Of a DNA stretch of 36,304 nucleotides, positions 31,618-36,304 are shown piece by piece. The stretch lies in NCBI GenBank assembly GCA_000388065.2, contig KB932217.1, one strand, 5' to 3'. The notes below the pieces were generated by a model that was not told the DNA's origin, did no database searches, and worked only from the letters and a program-made list of their open reading frames with translations. The translations under genes were made by a program, and so were the position numbers. Each line of letters opens with the position of its first letter. The first letter of the stretch is position 1. Source of the DNA: Fonticula alba ATCC 38817. Taxonomy: Eukaryota > Protista > Nucleariida.

Positions 31618-31619
31618 TG
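31579..31619. repeat. Alternating purine-pyrimidine tract GT(GC)n(GT)n
   Basis: Direct reading; 41 bp. Confidence 0.9.
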
Positions 31620-32163
31620 GCTGGACGCGTGTGCTCACCTCCTTCGTAGATACAGACTTGCCCTGTTAGGACGATCTTCGGGCGCGAAGGGGGCGCAGCG
31701 GCGGCAAAGGGGGCAAATGTGAGGGACCCGGCCTGTTGCTCGGCCTCGAGAGGTGGCCGGCGGCCCCGGGCCCAGACCTGCCCCTTTGGCGACGGGCCTG
31801 CCGCGATGGGGGCACTTCGCGGGGTCGCGCCATGCCCCCTCGTCGATGGGGGTCACTTGCCAGGGGGGGGGGGGGGAACCCCCCTGGCCCCCCATTCCGC
31901 CGATTGGCCGCGCGGAAGCGGGCAGCCGGGGAGGAATAAATCGCCCCGAGCTGGCGGTCTCGCAACCGGGCTGCGAAAGTGGCATCCCTGTCGTGCCGCC
32001 TGTTGCTCGCCTCCTCCTTGTCCTTTCTTCTTGCTCCTTTGCGCGGGCTCTCTCTCTCTCTCGCCCCCTCTATCCGTGGTCTTCTTTCACGGCCTCTCTT
32101 TTCACGGGCCTTGTCTCCTTCTCTTCCCAGGACTCGGGCTGTCCTTTGCCCCGTGCTTCGGCC

Positions 32164-33865
32164 ATGCGTGGTGGCCATCGGTCCGGTGGCGGCGGCAGCA
32201 TGAGCAGCGGCTCGCGGGCCACGTCAAGCTCATCAAGCTCCTCGACCTATCGGCGGCATCCGGCATCCGGCAGCAGTAGCAGCGGCGGCTCGGGCCAAGG
32301 TGACCGCGATTGCTGCGCCGACTGCTGCGAAGCCGTCTGGTATTGCAGGCTGAGTGGAAGACCGTGCGTTGCCCCGGTGCCCGAGGGGGGGGGGGGGGGG
32401 GGGGGGGGGGTCTGATGGGCTTTTCTTTTCTCTCCTCCCTCCTGTGATGGGTCTTCTCGGCATGGGGCTCGGCGATTGACACCCGAACTGGGGACCGCGG
32501 CGCCCGGCACACAGGGACCTTCCCAAGTTTGTCCGCGTGCACAGGGTGATTTGCATGTCGGCCTGCTGGTGGGGCCTGGTCTTTTCGTTTGTGGGCATGA
32601 TGGTCTGCTTGACGTCCCTTCCGCTGTACCAAACCCGGACGCATTACCTCCCGCCGGCCGGGACCTTTTGCCATGACATCGATGGGTTCTACTTCGAGGG
32701 GGTGTCTCTCGAGTCGAGGGCGGCGCTCGAGGCGTACTTCATGCCGCAGGAGGCCAGTCCCCCGGAGCGCGTCAGCCGGCTGACGGGTGACGTGGTCACC
32801 TCGATGAGTAGCCCGGTGCAGAATGGCTACCACGCGATGGACATCTACCTGCCGGCCGGGGCCGGGCTGACGTCGATCCTGGTGGGGGAGGCATCCTGTC
32901 CGCTGTACTACCTCGTCATTCGGGGGGCGTACAATTTCGAAAGCTGGCAAGATGGCCAGTCGGTGCCCTTCGAATTCTACGAGATCTTTCGGTCAGGCAG
33001 CCCGCTGGTCCATTCCCTGCAAGTGAGCAAGTCAAGTCACTACTTTTTCGTGGTCTACAACAGCACTCCCGAGCCATGCCACCGGATGCCGGTCTTCATG
33101 CAGCTGGCGTCCGATATGCCGGCATACCGCCTGCGGCCGGACGCCCGTGTGCCCATGGGCCAGGAGCTAGCGGTGCCGCGTGGGCAGCCCGGCACGACAT
33201 CGGTCATCATTCACACGTCCAATGCGCCGGTGTATCACGAGTTGCAGATGCTCTATTCCCGCCGGCCCGGGGCCCTGGACATGGTGCTGGGGCTGAGCAT
33301 CGGGTTGCCCTATGGGCTGGCCCTGGTCGGGGTGTTCACCAGCTGGGTGTTCTATCGGAGGAGGCTGTCCCGGAATGCGAGAGTGGCGGACAGCACCAGC
33401 GCCAGCGCCAGCGCCAGCGGCGGCGGCGGCGGCGGCAATGGCATCCCGAGCAGAAGCCACAGCCAAGAGGCCCGGTCGCCGGGGCTGGGCGCCGCGGACT
33501 CGGGGTCGGCGCCGGCGCCCGGGCAGAGGTCGAAGGTAGTGCACTTTGCCGAGACCCACGAGGTGCTTGGACCATCCGCGAGCAGGCGGGGCTCCGTGGC
33601 GTCGACCGGGAGTGCGACTTTGGAGTGTGCGCACGGGGGCGAGCACCCGCTGCTGGCCGGGGCGCCGGTGGAGGATTGGACGGCGGACCCGGCATCCGGC
33701 CCGCTGGCAAATGTCTCGCCCCTCGCCAGTGCGTCGGGCTATTGGGCCATCGAGAATGTGCCGATGGGGGACATGGTGTCGGAGCTGCCGCCGCCATATT
33801 CGGCTATGCCGCCGCCGCCGCCGCCGCCGGTGTCTTCCTCGGCCGAGGGGTGGTCCAAATATTGA
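32164..33865 (+). CDS. Two-TM membrane protein, ~498 aa, with a Ser/Gly-rich N-terminus, a luminal domain resembling the APD1-4 E3-ligase N/M domains, no RING, and a C-terminal PPxY; exons 32164-32339, 32545-33865
   Basis: GCCATG start. Donor CTG|GTATTG at 32340 and acceptor GCACAG at 32544 give the phase-2 join CCADCCEAVW|VICMSACWWGLVFSFVGMMVCL (TM1). TM2 MVLGLSIGLPYGLALVGVFTSWVFY at 33281-33355, then RRR; PPPY at 33788-33799; TGA at 33863-33865. The gene model is solid; the APD resemblance is from recall of the motif pattern only. Confidence 0.82.
32385..32410. repeat. Poly-G run (26 nt) inside the intron 32340-32544
   Basis: Direct reading. Confidence 0.9.
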
Positions 33866-34072
33866 CTTGCGTTGTTACTTCCTCCGGGTGAGGGGTGGGG
33901 CCGCTCGCTCGGGTGCTTGTGGGGTGTGGGGGCGATATTGCAGTGGATGCGGGGCATGGGGCCGTGTGATGCGGGCATTCTCCGGCAAGGTGCCCATCGG
34001 GCGCGCAGGCGGAGGGGCCGAAGAGTGGGGCATCAAACGTGCGCCTCTCATCGGCGTCTCCCGACGCTGTGG

Positions 34073-34077
<5 letters not shown>

Positions 34078-34131
<54 letters not shown>

Positions 34132-34290
34132 GTGCGTGTGTGTTTGTGCGCGTATGTACGCTTATGTACACTTATGTACACTTATGTGCGCTTATGTGCG
34201 CTTATGTGCGCGTATGTGCGCGTATGTGCGCGTATGTGCGCGTATGTGCGCGTATGTGCGCGTATGTGCGCGTATGTGCGCGTGTGTACG
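34078..34290. repeat. (TG)n microsatellite (34078-34126) followed by 14 tandem 10-bp units (34151-34290; CGTATGTGCG and variants)
   Basis: The units fall in register with the 10-base print blocks. Confidence 0.95.
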
Positions 34291-35447
34291 TGTGGTGAAG
34301 CGTGCAATCGAGTGCGCACTTCGGTGCTCCTGGCTATGATCGAGCATTTTGCCGACCCACTGGCCGGCCTGCGCCGTACCCATGGGTGTCAGATGGATGC
34401 ATATGCCGTCCGGCGATCGCGCTGGCCAGCTCGCGACCATTTAAGGACACGCCCCCAGGGCAGCTGGATGGTTATGGGGGTATGCTCCTGAACGGCTCGA
34501 CTGCCCTCAGGTCGGGTCCATTCCGGCCCGATCGCGTCAGCTGCCAGATGCTACCGGTTATGGTTATGGGGGTCGACTTGGCTAGTGTGGCTGGAGAGAG
34601 GGGCCGCCCCCCCCCGCCCCCCCACACACCCCACACACCCCCCTCACACAGAGCATTGGCCCATTTGAGGTGCGGAGGCACATGACCCGCGGTGGACGCC
34701 CGCAGCGCCGGGCGAAGCGGGCACGCTGGAGCCGGATATCCTTCCGAGAGCCGTGACCCTGCAACGCCAAGGGGGCCAGGCTGGCTGGAGCTTTCTCGGC
34801 CTGTGTGTATGTGTGGATTTGCGTGTCCCCATATGCCAATGTGGATGGCGTGGACACTTGGCGGAATGTGGCGAAACCAGCCGGCCCCTGCTCCGCCATA
34901 ACCCACAGCCCACGCCAGGCCCTTGCCCTGGCGAAAGGCGGGGGAGCCCGTGCGGGAAGCCCGGTTCCCCTGGGCCTGTGCTTGCTGGCCCGGGATTGCC
35001 GGCCTACCAGCGGGCACCCGCTCCATTCACTGAGCATTGGCGTGTCACATCGGCCGAGGCCCGGCCCAGGCCCTTTGTGCCGCTCCTGCCATGCCGGCCG
35101 GGGAGCCCCTTGCCCGACTGGGAAAAGGAGGCGAGGCCAAGTGCCAGTGGGCGGCGCAGGGCACGGAGCCAGTGTCGCGCTTGGGGAGGGGCGTAGCAGG
35201 GCCACAACCGAAGGAGCAGCAGGGTGATGGCGGCCACCGTGGGTGGCGCGCACTCGCCAGCAGTGGCCTTTGCGCCGGCCGGTGGAAGGTCGGACACGCG
35301 TGCTCGCAGAGGTGGCTGTTTTTGGAACCGGAGGGGAGGGACACTGGCTGCCTGCCGATGGGGCCATCCCACTTATGCCGGAGCATGCAGCTCGCATGGG
35401 TGAAAACCGGGGGAAGCGTCAGTCCCGGGGCAGGGGTGGGGGGGGGG

Positions 35448-35685
35448 NNNNNNNNNNNNNNNNNNNNNNNNNNNNNNNNNNNNNNNNNNNNNNNNNNNNN
35501 NNNNNNNNNNNNNNNNNNNNNNNNNNNNNNNNNNNNNNNNNNNNNNNNNNNNNNNNNNNNNNNNNNNNNNNNNNNNNNNNNNNNNNNNNNNNNNNNNNNN
35601 NNNNNNNNNNNNNNNNNNNNNNNNNNNNNNNNNNNNNNNNNNNNNNNNNNNNNNNNNNNNNNNNNNNNNNNNNNNNNNNNNNNNN
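35448..35685. other. Assembly gap (238 N) flanked by G-rich sequence
   Basis: Run of N. Confidence 1.
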
Positions 35686-36304
35686 GGGAGGAGAGGAGAA
35701 TGAGGGGGAGGGGGGGAGGGGGGGGAGGAAAACCCGCGTCAGGTAACGCTGCCCACCGGAGCGGAAACAAATGCCAGGCGTCGGCGCCAGTGCGGGCCAC
35801 GCCGCTGTCGAAGGCCCCAGATAGCATGTGCACTGCCTCTTGCTCAACCAGGACCGAGACCGTGCATCTTGTGGAAAAGGGGAGATGAGTGTGTCTCGGG
35901 GGGGGGGGGGGGGATTTCCGCCGAGAGACGGCCATACACTGCGACGGCATCGCTGTCGGGGAGGGGAGCCCTTTCTCCCTGGCCGGGCGTCGGCGACGGG
36001 GCAAGCACATTCGGAGATGGTCTCTGGGTCACACCAGTAGCCACGCATGTGGCCATACACATGTGCACACATCACATGGAGGGGCGTTGGCTGGGCAGGT
36101 CCCAACGGTTGTAGGTGTTTCTCGTCCCCCGCTGCCTGCGCCAGAGCGGGCTCTCCCTTCTGCGAGGGGTGCGCAGGTGGCACGCTGTTCCCCATCGGCG
36201 GAGCCCCCCCTCCCCTGTGGTAGGGGCCAGAGTCAAGCGCGAGGGCCGCCCGATCGGACCATCCGGTCGGTTGGGGCATTCTCTCTTCCTTCCCCCCCCC
36301 CCCC

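Noticed and set aside
35037-36279. ORFs spanning the N gap
   Set aside because: These are artefacts of translating through Ns; the flanking translations are not protein-like.
1-36304. tRNA, rRNA, snRNA genes or transposable elements
   Set aside because: I saw no A/B-box cloverleaf, rRNA or snRNA signature, transposase or RT motif, or terminal repeats by eye. tRNAscan-SE, Infernal and RepeatModeler would be needed to exclude them formally.

Overview
A 36.3-kb, very GC-rich (roughly 70% by eye) eukaryotic window with spliceosomal GT-AG introns (donors GTGCGC/GTGCGT/GTATGT, branch points CTGAC/CTAAC), many microsatellites and G-runs, and one assembly gap. The style resembles the aggregative holomycotan amoeba Fonticula; this is an inference, not a database result. 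Most ORFs in the supplied track are GC-driven or antisense artefacts. I support six real genes: (1) a 5'-partial orphan gene, <1-1293 (+); (2) secreted Cys-rich paralog A, 4115-7702 (+); (3) an orphan gene on the minus strand, 8850-~10727; (4) secreted Cys-rich paralog B, 12874-16643 (+); (5) paralog C, 22818-29316 (+), a single-pass receptor kinase interrupted by a 1-nt frameshift in a G11 run; (6) a two-TM protein with a PPxY tail, 32164-33865 (+). The main observation is the A/B/C cluster. All three share a signal peptide, two large beta-rich domains I cannot assign to a family, an intron at the same position and phase, and a furin-like Cys-repeat stalk. Only C has a TM helix and a kinase, and that kinase is of the non-RD (HCDLKPGN) type. 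This looks like a receptor plus soluble-paralog recognition system. Gene models were assembled by hand from splice signals, reading phase and paralog alignment; no searches were run.
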